This document shows positions 30,735 through 40,504 of a DNA stretch of 64,000 bases, piece by piece (position 1 is the stretch's first letter; each line of letters begins with the position of its first letter). The notes beneath the pieces are model-generated. The model searched no databases, was not told the DNA's origin, and was given only the letters and a program-made list of their open reading frames with translations. The stretch covers positions 16,228 through 80,227 of the forward strand of contig CAZZBB010000076.1 of the NCBI GenBank assembly GCA_964652195.1. The letters run 5' to 3'. This DNA is from an uncultured bacterium (GTDB lineage Bacteria > Poribacteria > WGA-4E > WGA-3G). The translations under genes and the position numbers were made by a program.

Positions 30735-31985
30735 ATGTCCAAGCGCGATGAATTCTTTGCTTTTATCAATACTCTCAAAGATGCATCACCTACGATTACT
30801 GACGAACAGCGTAAAGGTTTTCTCAGGCTTGCAGTTGAAAAATATGGTTTAACTGTTGATGAAGCAACATCTATATTCAATGCATCGGGTATAATAATTG
30901 GTGAAATAGTTGATCTATTTGAAATCTTTGGATTAACTGGCATAGAGATTAAGAGATATAATCAATCTGAAATTGTCGATCGCGTTGAGTCAATCCATAG
31001 TAAACTATATAGTGAATCTTTAAAGTCCGGGGGTCGTCCGCGTCCAGATGGTAGGTCAGAGGAACAGTGGCGAAGATTGTTAAATCAAGCACGAGACACA
31101 CTAACTGACCCGAAAAAACGTCACGAATATCTTGCAACACTTCAATATAAAGAACCATTAACTGAAACAATTTCAGGAACTACAAGCCTTGAGAATATGT
31201 CACTTATTCCTGAAGGTGAGTTTGAAATGGGTAGCAACGATGACGAGACTTTTGATGATGAACATCCGGTTCATACCGTTTTTCTAAACGAATTCTATAT
31301 TGACCAATATCCTGTAACCAATGCACAATACAAGGCATTCCTTGATGCGAATCCACAGTGGAATAAGCATGAAATCCCAAAAAAGTATTGTGATGTTGAC
31401 TATCTTAAGCATTGGCGTAGGAGTAGTTTTCCAAGTGGGGAAGCAGATTATCCTATTGTCAATGTAAGTTGGTATGCTGCTATGGCTTATGCTCAATGGC
31501 GAGGTAAACGTCTTCCCACTGAAGCTGAATGGGAAAAAGCTGCACGTGGTGGTCTTGCCGGCAAACAATACCCATATGGTAATTCATTAGATTCTACTCA
31601 AGCGAATTATGACTGGAATGAGGGACATGCCACACCCGTTGCCAAATATCCTTCTAATGGATATGAACTTTATGACATGTGTGGCAATGTTTGGGAATGG
31701 TGTCTTGATAGATATGAGAAACATTATTATAGAAACTCACCGACTCGTAACCCTATTGCTGGTGATGATACTATTGACTGGTTGAATGACAACTTCTTAG
31801 ATATTAAATCCAATCGTGTATTACGTGGTGGTTCATGGCGGATACCTGCCTCATTAGTGAGAACAGCAAAACGAAATGCAGAATCTCCCATGTTTTCACT
31901 GAATGTGATTGGGTTTCGTTGTGTAATTCAAGCTTTACCGACAGATAATTCTCATTTCCCTCCTACCGTAGGATATGCTGCCTAA
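30735..31985 (+). CDS. J-like module plus FGE-sulfatase/SUMF1-fold domain (array member 2)
   Basis: Shared N-terminal module; [65 protein letters not shown]. Confidence 0.9.
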   Translation: MSKRDEFFAFINTLKDASPTITDEQRKGFLRLAVEKYGLTVDEATSIFNASGIIIGEIVDLFEIFGLTGIEIKRYNQSEIVDRVESIHSKLYSESLKSGGRPRPDGRSEEQWRRLLNQARDTLTDPKKRHEYLATLQYKEPLTETISGTTSLENMSLIPEGEFEMGSNDDETFDDEHPVHTVFLNEFYIDQYPVTNAQYKAFLDANPQWNKHEIPKKYCDVDYLKHWRRSSFPSGEADYPIVNVSWYAAMAYAQWRGKRLPTEAEWEKAARGGLAGKQYPYGNSLDSTQANYDWNEGHATPVAKYPSNGYELYDMCGNVWEWCLDRYEKHYYRNSPTRNPIAGDDTIDWLNDNFLDIKSNRVLRGGSWRIPASLVRTAKRNAESPMFSLNVIGFRCVIQALPTDNSHFPPTVGYAA

Positions 31986-32007
31986 CCTTCTCTATCGAAA
32001 TTAGACT

Positions 32008-33393
32008 ATGCTTAAACGTAATGAGTATATAGACTTTATAAATGAATTTAAAACTGTATCTCCAACTATCACAGATGAACAAAGGATTGGTCTTCTGCGA
32101 CGAGGTGTTCAACAACATGGTCTATCAATTTCTGAGGCAGAGAACATAATTCTATCATCAGGATTAATTATCGGTGAACAGATAGATTATTTTCAAATAT
32201 TAGGATTATCCATAGAAGATATACAGAATCAAAACGAGGACTTAATTACAACAGAAGTTGATACGATACACAGAAAACTATATAACGCCTCCTTAAAAGC
32301 AGGAGGTCGTATACGATCAGATGGTAGGACTGAGGAACAGTGGCGTATCATACTAAATGAAGCACGGGATACTCTCAAGAATGTTGAAAAACGAAAATCT
32401 CATATTGAAATACTACAAACCGATGTTCTACCCCCGATTGAAATCCTATCTGAAGATACTCCTATACAAGAAACTGAAACAACACAAGAAACAATTCCAA
32501 CACAACCGACAGAACAGTCAAGTGTGTTGCCATCAGTAGAAGTTCTTCCTGAAGATGAATCTATTCAAAGAACTGATACTCTTGAAGAATCCATTTCATC
32601 ACAACCCGTAGTAGAAGATGGTATGGCACTCATTCCTGCCGGAGAATTTCAAATGGGGAGTAACGATATTGAGGCTTACAATGACGAAAAGCCTATACAT
32701 ACTGTATACATAGATACATTCTATATTGATCAATATCCTGTCACGAATGTAGAATATAAAGAGTTTATTGATGCCAATCCTGAATGGCATAAACCCAAAA
32801 AATGGTATGATAATACTGGAAATATTGATGGTATTCACAAGAAATATCATGACGGTGATTACCTAAAGACTTGGAAAAGAAACAACTTTCCAAAAAATGA
32901 AGTTCATCATCCTGTAACTTGGGTGAGTTGGTATGCTGCAATGGCTTACGCACAATGGAAAGGTAAACGACTACCAACCGAAGCTGAATGGGAAAAAGCT
33001 GCACGAGGTGGTTTGACAGGACAAAAATATCCATGGGGAAATACCATAAGCCTGAATCGTCTAAACTACGATCTATATATCAGTAATACAACCGAAGTAG
33101 GTCAATATCCTGAAAATGGTTATGGTATTTATGATATGGCGGGAAATGTATTTGAATGGTGTATAGATGTATGGAATGAAAACTACTATATTAATTCTCC
33201 ATACAATAATCCTGTCGCTGATGGATATTTAGCAGATATTTTAGCTGATTTCACAAGTGTAATGACACCGAGAGTGGTGCGTGGTGGATCTTCTGTAAGT
33301 ACTCCGAGAAACACACGGGTTTCATATCGACATAGAAATACACCTAAATTGACATGTTTTAGTATTGGATTCCGTTGTGTAAGATCTAAATAA
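32008..33393 (+). CDS. J-like module plus FGE-sulfatase-fold domain (array member 3)
   Basis: Same architecture; long E/T/Q/P-rich linker. Confidence 0.9.
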   Translation: MLKRNEYIDFINEFKTVSPTITDEQRIGLLRRGVQQHGLSISEAENIILSSGLIIGEQIDYFQILGLSIEDIQNQNEDLITTEVDTIHRKLYNASLKAGGRIRSDGRTEEQWRIILNEARDTLKNVEKRKSHIEILQTDVLPPIEILSEDTPIQETETTQETIPTQPTEQSSVLPSVEVLPEDESIQRTDTLEESISSQPVVEDGMALIPAGEFQMGSNDIEAYNDEKPIHTVYIDTFYIDQYPVTNVEYKEFIDANPEWHKPKKWYDNTGNIDGIHKKYHDGDYLKTWKRNNFPKNEVHHPVTWVSWYAAMAYAQWKGKRLPTEAEWEKAARGGLTGQKYPWGNTISLNRLNYDLYISNTTEVGQYPENGYGIYDMAGNVFEWCIDVWNENYYINSPYNNPVADGYLADILADFTSVMTPRVVRGGSSVSTPRNTRVSYRHRNTPKLTCFSIGFRCVRSK

Positions 33394-33422
33394 CCTACAT
33401 TTTTTATATAATTATTCTATCT

Positions 33423-34595
33423 ATGGCTGAAAATAAAGAATTCATCGCATTTGTAAATAGATTAAAAACACTATCACCAACCATAACCGAAGAGCAGCGT
33501 ATTGGTCTTCTGCGGCAAGGTGTGCAAGAATATAGCCTCACTACAGATGAAGCGGATAATATTCTGAAAACATCAGGATTAATTGTTGGAGAACAAGATA
33601 GTTATTTTGATGTCTTAGGAATCTCAATTGAAGAACTAGAAAATCTTAGTGACGCTGATATCCTTGCACATGTTGAATCTTCCCACGCCAAACTTTACCG
33701 AGAATCATTGAATGCAGGGGGTCGTCCAAGAACCGATGGTAGGACAGAAGAAGAGTGGCGGACACTTCTAAATCAAGCTCGAGATACATTAATAGATTCT
33801 GATATACGACGATTACACTATACAAATTTACAACATGCAGAAACTTCTTTAGATGATGGGATAACACATCAAAGTTCTGAAAATATGGTGTTAATCCCAG
33901 AAGGAGAGTTTCAGAATGAGTATATTGATGCATTCTATATAGACTCATATCCGGTTACGAATCTACAGTACAAGTTATTCCTGGATGCAAACCGTCAGTG
34001 GAAGATTCCTAAACTAATTGATGTTTTTAGGATGGGGAAATTTAGAGATGGAGACTATTTGAAGACTTGGGTAAGGAACAAATTTCCACCTGGGAAAGAA
34101 GATCATCCTGTAACTTGGGTGAGTTGGTATGCAGCAATGGCATACGCTCAATGGTTAGGTAAAAGATTACCCACAGAAGCAGAATGGGAAATAGCGGCAC
34201 GTGGAGGTTTAATAGAGAAAAAATTTCCATGGGGGAATTCGGTTGATCATTCTTTAGCAAATTATAATAAATACATAGGTGAGACAACTCCTATTGGTAA
34301 ATATCCTGCTAACAATTATGATGTATATGATATGGTTGGGAATGTATCTGAGTGGTGTTTAGATGAATGGGATAGAGACGTAAATCAATCTTCCTTTCGA
34401 ATAAATCCAGTTGAAGAAGAGAGTATTGAGGATATAATAGAGAATTATTCCGAATCGAGAAAGAAACGTGTATTAAAAGGTAGTTCATGGTATTCTTCCA
34501 CTAAAGACCTACAGATATCCTACAGATACGGATTAGCACCAAGGAAAACAGTAAGCGTAGTAGGATTTCGCTGTGTGAAACCAATTAATAAGTAA
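33423..34595 (+). CDS. J-like module plus FGE-sulfatase-fold domain (array member 4)
   Basis: Same architecture; lacks the MGS...HxV hairpin found in all siblings. Confidence 0.88.
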   Translation: MAENKEFIAFVNRLKTLSPTITEEQRIGLLRQGVQEYSLTTDEADNILKTSGLIVGEQDSYFDVLGISIEELENLSDADILAHVESSHAKLYRESLNAGGRPRTDGRTEEEWRTLLNQARDTLIDSDIRRLHYTNLQHAETSLDDGITHQSSENMVLIPEGEFQNEYIDAFYIDSYPVTNLQYKLFLDANRQWKIPKLIDVFRMGKFRDGDYLKTWVRNKFPPGKEDHPVTWVSWYAAMAYAQWLGKRLPTEAEWEIAARGGLIEKKFPWGNSVDHSLANYNKYIGETTPIGKYPANNYDVYDMVGNVSEWCLDEWDRDVNQSSFRINPVEEESIEDIIENYSESRKKRVLKGSSWYSSTKDLQISYRYGLAPRKTVSVVGFRCVKPINK

Positions 34596-34637
34596 ACCGA
34601 ATATTTCTCTTGTTAAAGACCTATTTGAGGATCAAGC

Positions 34638-35930
34638 ATGCGTGAATATGAAGAATTTATCTCTGTCATTAATACACTCAAAGTACTATCAACGATCATC
34701 ACTGAAGCACAACGTATTGGTCTTTTGCAACAAGGTGTGCAAGAATTTGGTCTCACTACAGATGAAGCGGATAATATTCTGAATACATCAGGATTAGTTG
34801 TTGGAGAACAAGATAGTTATTTTGATGTCTTAGGAATATCAATTGAAGAACTTGAAAAACTCAGTGAAGCTGATATCCTTGCACATGTTGAATCTGTCCA
34901 CGACAAACTTTACCGAACATCTTTGAATGCAGGGGGTCGTCCGCGGTCTGATGGCAGATCAGAAGTAGAGTGGCGAAACCTTTTGAATCAAGCAAAAGAT
35001 ACAATAACAGATCCCCTAAAAAGAAGTGAATATATTTCCATTCTACAACAGGTAAAAATACAGGATTTCAGTGCTGAACCATCACAGGAATTGGATTCAT
35101 CCGATGCAAACACAAATAGACCTCATGCCTTAAGTAATACATTTGTACCAGATGGTATTGATGTGCCTGATGACATGGTATATATACCAGCAGGTGAATT
35201 TCAAATGGGGAGTGAACATGCAGATGCTGAGGAGGATGAACAGCCTATTCACACAGTTTTTGTTAATGCATTTCTTATGGATAAAAATCCTGTGACAAAT
35301 AGAGAATTTAGAGAATTTCTACATACTAATCCTGAGTGGCAGAAACCTGATCATCTTAATTATCATATCATTTCGAATTTTCATGATGGTTCATATTTGA
35401 AGGATTGGCAGATGAATATGTATCCACCTGGAAAACGTGATCATCCAGTGACGCAGGTGAGTTGGTTTGCTGCGATGGCGTATGCCAGATCAGTAGGTAA
35501 GCGTCTGCCGACTGAAGCAGAATGGGAAAGAGCAGCACGCGGCGGCTTGGATGGTAAACACTATTCTTGGAGTAATGTTGAAGATTTCGTTAATGCAGAT
35601 GAGTATTTAAATGCTGAAGATACTTTACCAATCGGTCTTACACCTGCCAATAACTATGGACTTTATGATATGTGTGGCAATGTATGGGAATGGTGTCTTG
35701 ATGCATATAATGAGGATTTCTATAACGAGGCACCATAGAATAACCCATTTTATGGACCTAATAGCAAAGAATGGGTAGTAGAAAACTTTAGCCGTATAAC
35801 AATCGAACGTGTATTACGCGGTGGTCCTTGGGGTTTTGATGCTTTAGGGGCACGAGTTTCACAACGACTCAGTAGTGCCCCAACCGATACTTTACCAACT
35901 TACAGTTTTCGTTGTATAAAGTATATTTGA
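34638..35930 (+). pseudogene. J-like module plus FGE-sulfatase-fold domain (array member 5) with one in-frame TAG
   Basis: ORF stops at TAG 35736-35738, but the same frame continues NNPFYGPNSKEWVVENFSRITIERVLRGGPW...YSFRCIKYI to TGA at 35930. Confidence 0.85.
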
Positions 35931-35995
35931 TGGGAATGGTCTTATCAATTGAATTATTTCATAGAATACTGAAAATATAAATCGACTTATTAAAA

Positions 35996-37276
35996 ATGGC
36001 AAAACGTGAAGAATTCATTCAGCTTATCAACACTTTTAAAGCGGTGTCAGCTACAATAACAAACAATCAAAGACGAGGTTTGTTGCAGCAAGCTGTACAG
36101 ATCTATGATCTCTCTATTGAAGAAGGTATAGAGATATTGGATTCATTAGGAATAGTTGTTGGGGATGAGGTAAATTATTTCGAGATATTAGGACTATCCA
36201 TTGAGGAAATACAAGGCAAGGATGACCAGACGGTTACTGATATTGTTAAAATAGCACATGATGACTTGTATAAAGTCTCCTTAACTGCTGGAGGACGGGT
36301 CAGATCAGATGGAAGGACTGAAGACCAGTGGCGAATATTACTGAATCAAGCGCGGAATATTCTGGGTGAAAAAGAAAAAAGAAACGAATACATCTCTGCT
36401 CTTCTTCAAGAAGAGTCTAAAGAATTTTCAACTCCGAATACACCTACGATTCCGAGTACCGAACCAAATTCTATTGAAATTGTATCTGAACCGACCTCTC
36501 ACATAATAACAGATCCTGACGATATAGAAATACCATCTGAAATGGTATTGATCCCTTCAGGAGTATTTATTATAGGATCTCAAAGTAAAGACATAAACGG
36601 TAGTGATTTACCACTACATAATGTGTACTTACACTCATTCCTGATTGATAAATATCCTGTAACTAATTCTGAATTCCGTGTTTTTCTCACTGAGAACGAA
36701 CAATGGCAGAAGAAATACATATCCGAAAAATATCACAATGGTAAATACCTTAGATCTTGGAACGGGAATAACTATCCAAAAAATAAAGACAATGATCCGG
36801 TTGTCGATATAAGTTGGTATGCTGCAATGGCTTATGCTCAATGGATAGAGAAACGACTTCCTACAGATATTGAATGGGAAAAAGCTGCACGTGGAGGGTT
36901 AACTGAAAAAACGTATCCCTGGGGCGATGATATTACTAACGACCTGGCGAATTACGGAATGTTTGTCGGGAATACAACCCCTGTTGGAAACTACCCTCCA
37001 AATGAGTATGGTGCGTTTGATATGGTTGGCAATGTATGGGAATGGTGTCTTAATCATTATGAACATATTGAAGCATTTAGTAAACCAAGTATATCTGTTG
37101 AACAGATGAGTAATATCTTAGATTCCTATTTAGATGTCGAAAGCAATCGTGTGTTACGTGGAGGTTCATGGGCAAGTAGTGAACGAGCTCTTTCGGTTGC
37201 ATATAGAGGTAGTGCTGCTCCTAGTTGTACATATTACAGTTACGGATTTCGATGTGTTAAGGATATTCATAGATAA
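35996..37276 (+). CDS. J-like module plus FGE-sulfatase-fold domain (array member 6)
   Basis: Same architecture; GGRVRSDGR loop; RVLRGGSW...YGFRCV. Confidence 0.9.
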   Translation: MAKREEFIQLINTFKAVSATITNNQRRGLLQQAVQIYDLSIEEGIEILDSLGIVVGDEVNYFEILGLSIEEIQGKDDQTVTDIVKIAHDDLYKVSLTAGGRVRSDGRTEDQWRILLNQARNILGEKEKRNEYISALLQEESKEFSTPNTPTIPSTEPNSIEIVSEPTSHIITDPDDIEIPSEMVLIPSGVFIIGSQSKDINGSDLPLHNVYLHSFLIDKYPVTNSEFRVFLTENEQWQKKYISEKYHNGKYLRSWNGNNYPKNKDNDPVVDISWYAAMAYAQWIEKRLPTDIEWEKAARGGLTEKTYPWGDDITNDLANYGMFVGNTTPVGNYPPNEYGAFDMVGNVWEWCLNHYEHIEAFSKPSISVEQMSNILDSYLDVESNRVLRGGSWASSERALSVAYRGSAAPSCTYYSYGFRCVKDIHR

Positions 37277-37336
37277 AATATCTTCAACTCTAATGTATAT
37301 CTAATTTTTAGAGTTCATCTCATTGGTACTGTATTA

Positions 37337-38713
37337 ATGGCAAAACGTGAAGAATTTATAGATGCAATCAATTTGTTTAGGTCTGCCTCACAATCCATAT
37401 CGGTAGAACAACGGATAGGACTTTTACAACAAGCTGTACAAGAGTATGGACTATCAATAAAAGAAGCTGATGAGATAATCAAAGAAACAGGGCTAATAGT
37501 CGGCGGGACTATTAATTACTTTAGGGTCTTAGGTTTGTCCAATCATGAATTTGAAAATCTAAATGAAACCACTATTACATCAATTATAGATGAAGCACAT
37601 AGAAAACATTATACAGAATCATTAAGAGCTGGGGGACTTCCTCGTCCTGACGGGAGAACCCAAGAACAGTGGCGAATCATCCTAAATCATGCACGATATA
37701 CTTTAATAGATCCTCATAAACGCGAAGAATATCTATCACAATTATTGAGAGAAGAAGATTCATCTGATAGTTTCATTAATGATGTTTCCAACAATAATAC
37801 CACTGATACAGAAAACTATAATCCGAATCTTGCCCAGTCAATCTCAACTGATAATAAAGAACATTTAGCGCATGCACCTTCGATTGTAGAAAATAAACAA
37901 GTATTTATTCATCCTGATGTACCTGCAAATATGGCATATATCCCTGCTGGTGACTTCAGGATGGGGAGTAATGATGAAAAAGTTGGAAACATAGAAAAAC
38001 CTGCCCATGTTGTGTATGTTGACGAGTTTATTATAGACAAGTATTTAGTTACCAATGCAGAATATAAAGAGTTTGTAGATGCTAACCCTCAATGGGCAAA
38101 GCCAACAAAATGGTATCACTTTGAGAAACAGAAGAAATCCTATATACATGAAAAATACCATGATGGAGATTATCTTAAGCATTGGAATGAGAATACATAC
38201 CCTGATAGTAAAGCAGAACATCCAGTGACATGGGTGAGTTGGTATGCAGCAATGGCGTATGCTGAATGGGTGGGTAAACGTCTCCCAACAGAAGCAGAAT
38301 GGGAAAAAGCTGCGCGCGGTGGAATAACTGGACAGAATTATCCTTGGGGAGAATCAATTGATTATACTAAGGCTAATTATAATAGCTATATTGGTGAAAC
38401 AACTTCTGTAGGTGAGTATCCAGCAAACGGATATGGAATTCATGATATGATAGGAAATGTTTGGGAATGGTGTCTTGACGAGTATCAGGAAAATTACTAT
38501 GCAAGTTCAGAACGCAAGAACCCAATTTGTGGTGTAAATACGGTTGAATCAATAGAATATAGTGATATGGATAATAGACATGCACGGGTAATGCGAGGAG
38601 GTTCTTGGCTTGATTCCTCTCAATTCGTCCGTTCTGCATCCCGTTACAGGAACACCCCTATACGTACTCTCGCAAGAATTGGGTTTCGTTGTGTAAAAAT
38701 CGTTCCTTCATAA
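37337..38713 (+). CDS. J-like module plus FGE-sulfatase-fold domain (array member 7)
   Basis: Same architecture; GGLPRPDGR loop. Confidence 0.9.
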   Translation: MAKREEFIDAINLFRSASQSISVEQRIGLLQQAVQEYGLSIKEADEIIKETGLIVGGTINYFRVLGLSNHEFENLNETTITSIIDEAHRKHYTESLRAGGLPRPDGRTQEQWRIILNHARYTLIDPHKREEYLSQLLREEDSSDSFINDVSNNNTTDTENYNPNLAQSISTDNKEHLAHAPSIVENKQVFIHPDVPANMAYIPAGDFRMGSNDEKVGNIEKPAHVVYVDEFIIDKYLVTNAEYKEFVDANPQWAKPTKWYHFEKQKKSYIHEKYHDGDYLKHWNENTYPDSKAEHPVTWVSWYAAMAYAEWVGKRLPTEAEWEKAARGGITGQNYPWGESIDYTKANYNSYIGETTSVGEYPANGYGIHDMIGNVWEWCLDEYQENYYASSERKNPICGVNTVESIEYSDMDNRHARVMRGGSWLDSSQFVRSASRYRNTPIRTLARIGFRCVKIVPS

Positions 38714-38769
38714 TCGAAGCATTATGATTTTTTCTACGACAATCTACACTAATAAAATGGTGGTTTGTT

Positions 38770-40155
38770 TTGGCTAATCGTAACGAATTTATCTCAATTG
38801 TCAACACACTTATATCCCTATCAAAATCAATTACAGATGACCAGTATAAAAGTCTTCTACAACAAGCTGTTCAGGAATATGACCTAACTCTTGATGATGC
38901 ATCGGAGATATTGACGACATATGGATTGGTTGTTGGTGAAAGTGTTAACTATTTTGAGGTATTAGGTCTATCCATTGATGAACTTACCCATCAAGATGAA
39001 ACTGAGATTGCTTCACATATTGAGATTGCACATAAGAGACATTATACAGAGTCTTTACAGGCAGGTGGACTTCCGCGATCAGATGGTAGAACACAAGAAC
39101 AGTGGCGGACATTGCTAAATGATGCATTTTATACGCTAATAGATTCCCAGAAACGAACTGAATATATAGACTCCTTAACGAAGAATAGATCCCAAGATGA
39201 AGGACAAGAAAATATAGGAGATGACCCAAAATCAGAAGAGCAAGTAATTACTACTCAGAAATCAACATCTATAAGTTTCTCTGTTCCAGAAAACATGAAT
39301 CATATCACCTCTGGAGAATTTCAGATGGGTAATCAAAACGAAAATGCAAATGATCGTGAAATTCCTGTACATTCTGTCTTTGTCGATGAGTTTTATATGG
39401 ATAAATATCCTGTGACAAATGCACAGTATAAGAGATTTGTTGATGCTAATCCGGTATGGAGTAAACCAGCAAGCAGTTTGGTTTGGCATAGAAAAAACAA
39501 ACGAATTATTACAGGTAGGATGACCCGACAAGATTACTTAAAGAATTGGAATGGAAACACTTTTCCACAAGAAATGGAAGACCATCCAGTTACTTATATT
39601 AATTGGTATGCTGCAATGGCGTATGCAAAATGGATCGGTAAACGTTTACCAACAGAAGCTGAATGGGAAAAAGCTGCACGTGGGGGGATAATAGGTCAGA
39701 ATTATCCATGGGGAAACACTTTGGATGCCGACAGAGCAAATTGTAATAATACTATTGGTGAAACCACCTCTGTTGGAAAATTTCCTCCGAATAACTACGG
39801 TTTGTATGATATGGTTGGAAATGTCTGGGAATGGTGTCTGGATGAATATCAGACTGACTACTATTCTCATTCACCGAATGAAAATCCAATTGCGGGATAT
39901 GACACTAAAGAGAAATTGTATGCTTTATGTTCTTATTATGGGAATATTGATACTGAACGTGTGTTACGAGGGGGCACTCTATTTTATTCATCTGAACCCA
40001 TTAATATCCACGTTAGATGGGGAGGTGATCCATCACTTACAAATTACTATTCTTCAGATTCATCAAAGATAGTTGCACGATATTCTTCAGGACTCATGGT
40101 AAACATTGGGTTCAGATGTGTTTGGGATGTGAATATGCAGAAACAATCTAAATAG
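38770..40155 (+). CDS. J-like module plus FGE-sulfatase-fold domain (array member 8)
   Basis: Same architecture; 18-aa insertion in the C-terminal variable segment. Confidence 0.9.
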   Translation: MANRNEFISIVNTLISLSKSITDDQYKSLLQQAVQEYDLTLDDASEILTTYGLVVGESVNYFEVLGLSIDELTHQDETEIASHIEIAHKRHYTESLQAGGLPRSDGRTQEQWRTLLNDAFYTLIDSQKRTEYIDSLTKNRSQDEGQENIGDDPKSEEQVITTQKSTSISFSVPENMNHITSGEFQMGNQNENANDREIPVHSVFVDEFYMDKYPVTNAQYKRFVDANPVWSKPASSLVWHRKNKRIITGRMTRQDYLKNWNGNTFPQEMEDHPVTYINWYAAMAYAKWIGKRLPTEAEWEKAARGGIIGQNYPWGNTLDADRANCNNTIGETTSVGKFPPNNYGLYDMVGNVWEWCLDEYQTDYYSHSPNENPIAGYDTKEKLYALCSYYGNIDTERVLRGGTLFYSSEPINIHVRWGGDPSLTNYYSSDSSKIVARYSSGLMVNIGFRCVWDVNMQKQSK

Positions 40156-40280
40156 GAGGTTTCTACTTTGATAGTAATTGGTAATGTGAGTTCATGATAA
40201 GAAATACTATACCATTTTAAATTGATAGATTTAAATTAGGACTTTCTTGTTACGAGGATTATCATATACATATTATGAGT

Positions 40281-40415
40281 CCCGGGGAATGCAATAAGGC
40301 ATTCATACCCGACGAATGCCCGGTGAATGACCTAATGTCATTCATACCTGGTGAATGCTATATAGCATTCATACCGTTGATTCCTTGATTCCTTGATTTG
40401 GTAGGGACGAAATGT
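40281..40415. repeat. Composite palindromic/octamer repeat element
   Basis: Three GAATG-loop-CATTCATACC hairpin units, TTGATTCC repeats, then CGAAATGT; same layout at 55251. Confidence 0.8.
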
Positions 40416-40504
40416 TTATAGAAAACACCAAAATTCGTGAAAACAACAAAAACATTTAGTTAACTGGCACAAGTCGTTATAGTCATCTATATAATTAATA
40501 ACTG

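Noticed and set aside
35736-35738. Pyrrolysine or programmed read-through codon
   Set aside because: No pyl genes in the window, and a sibling has Tyr (TAC) at the same position, so a nonsense mutation is simpler.
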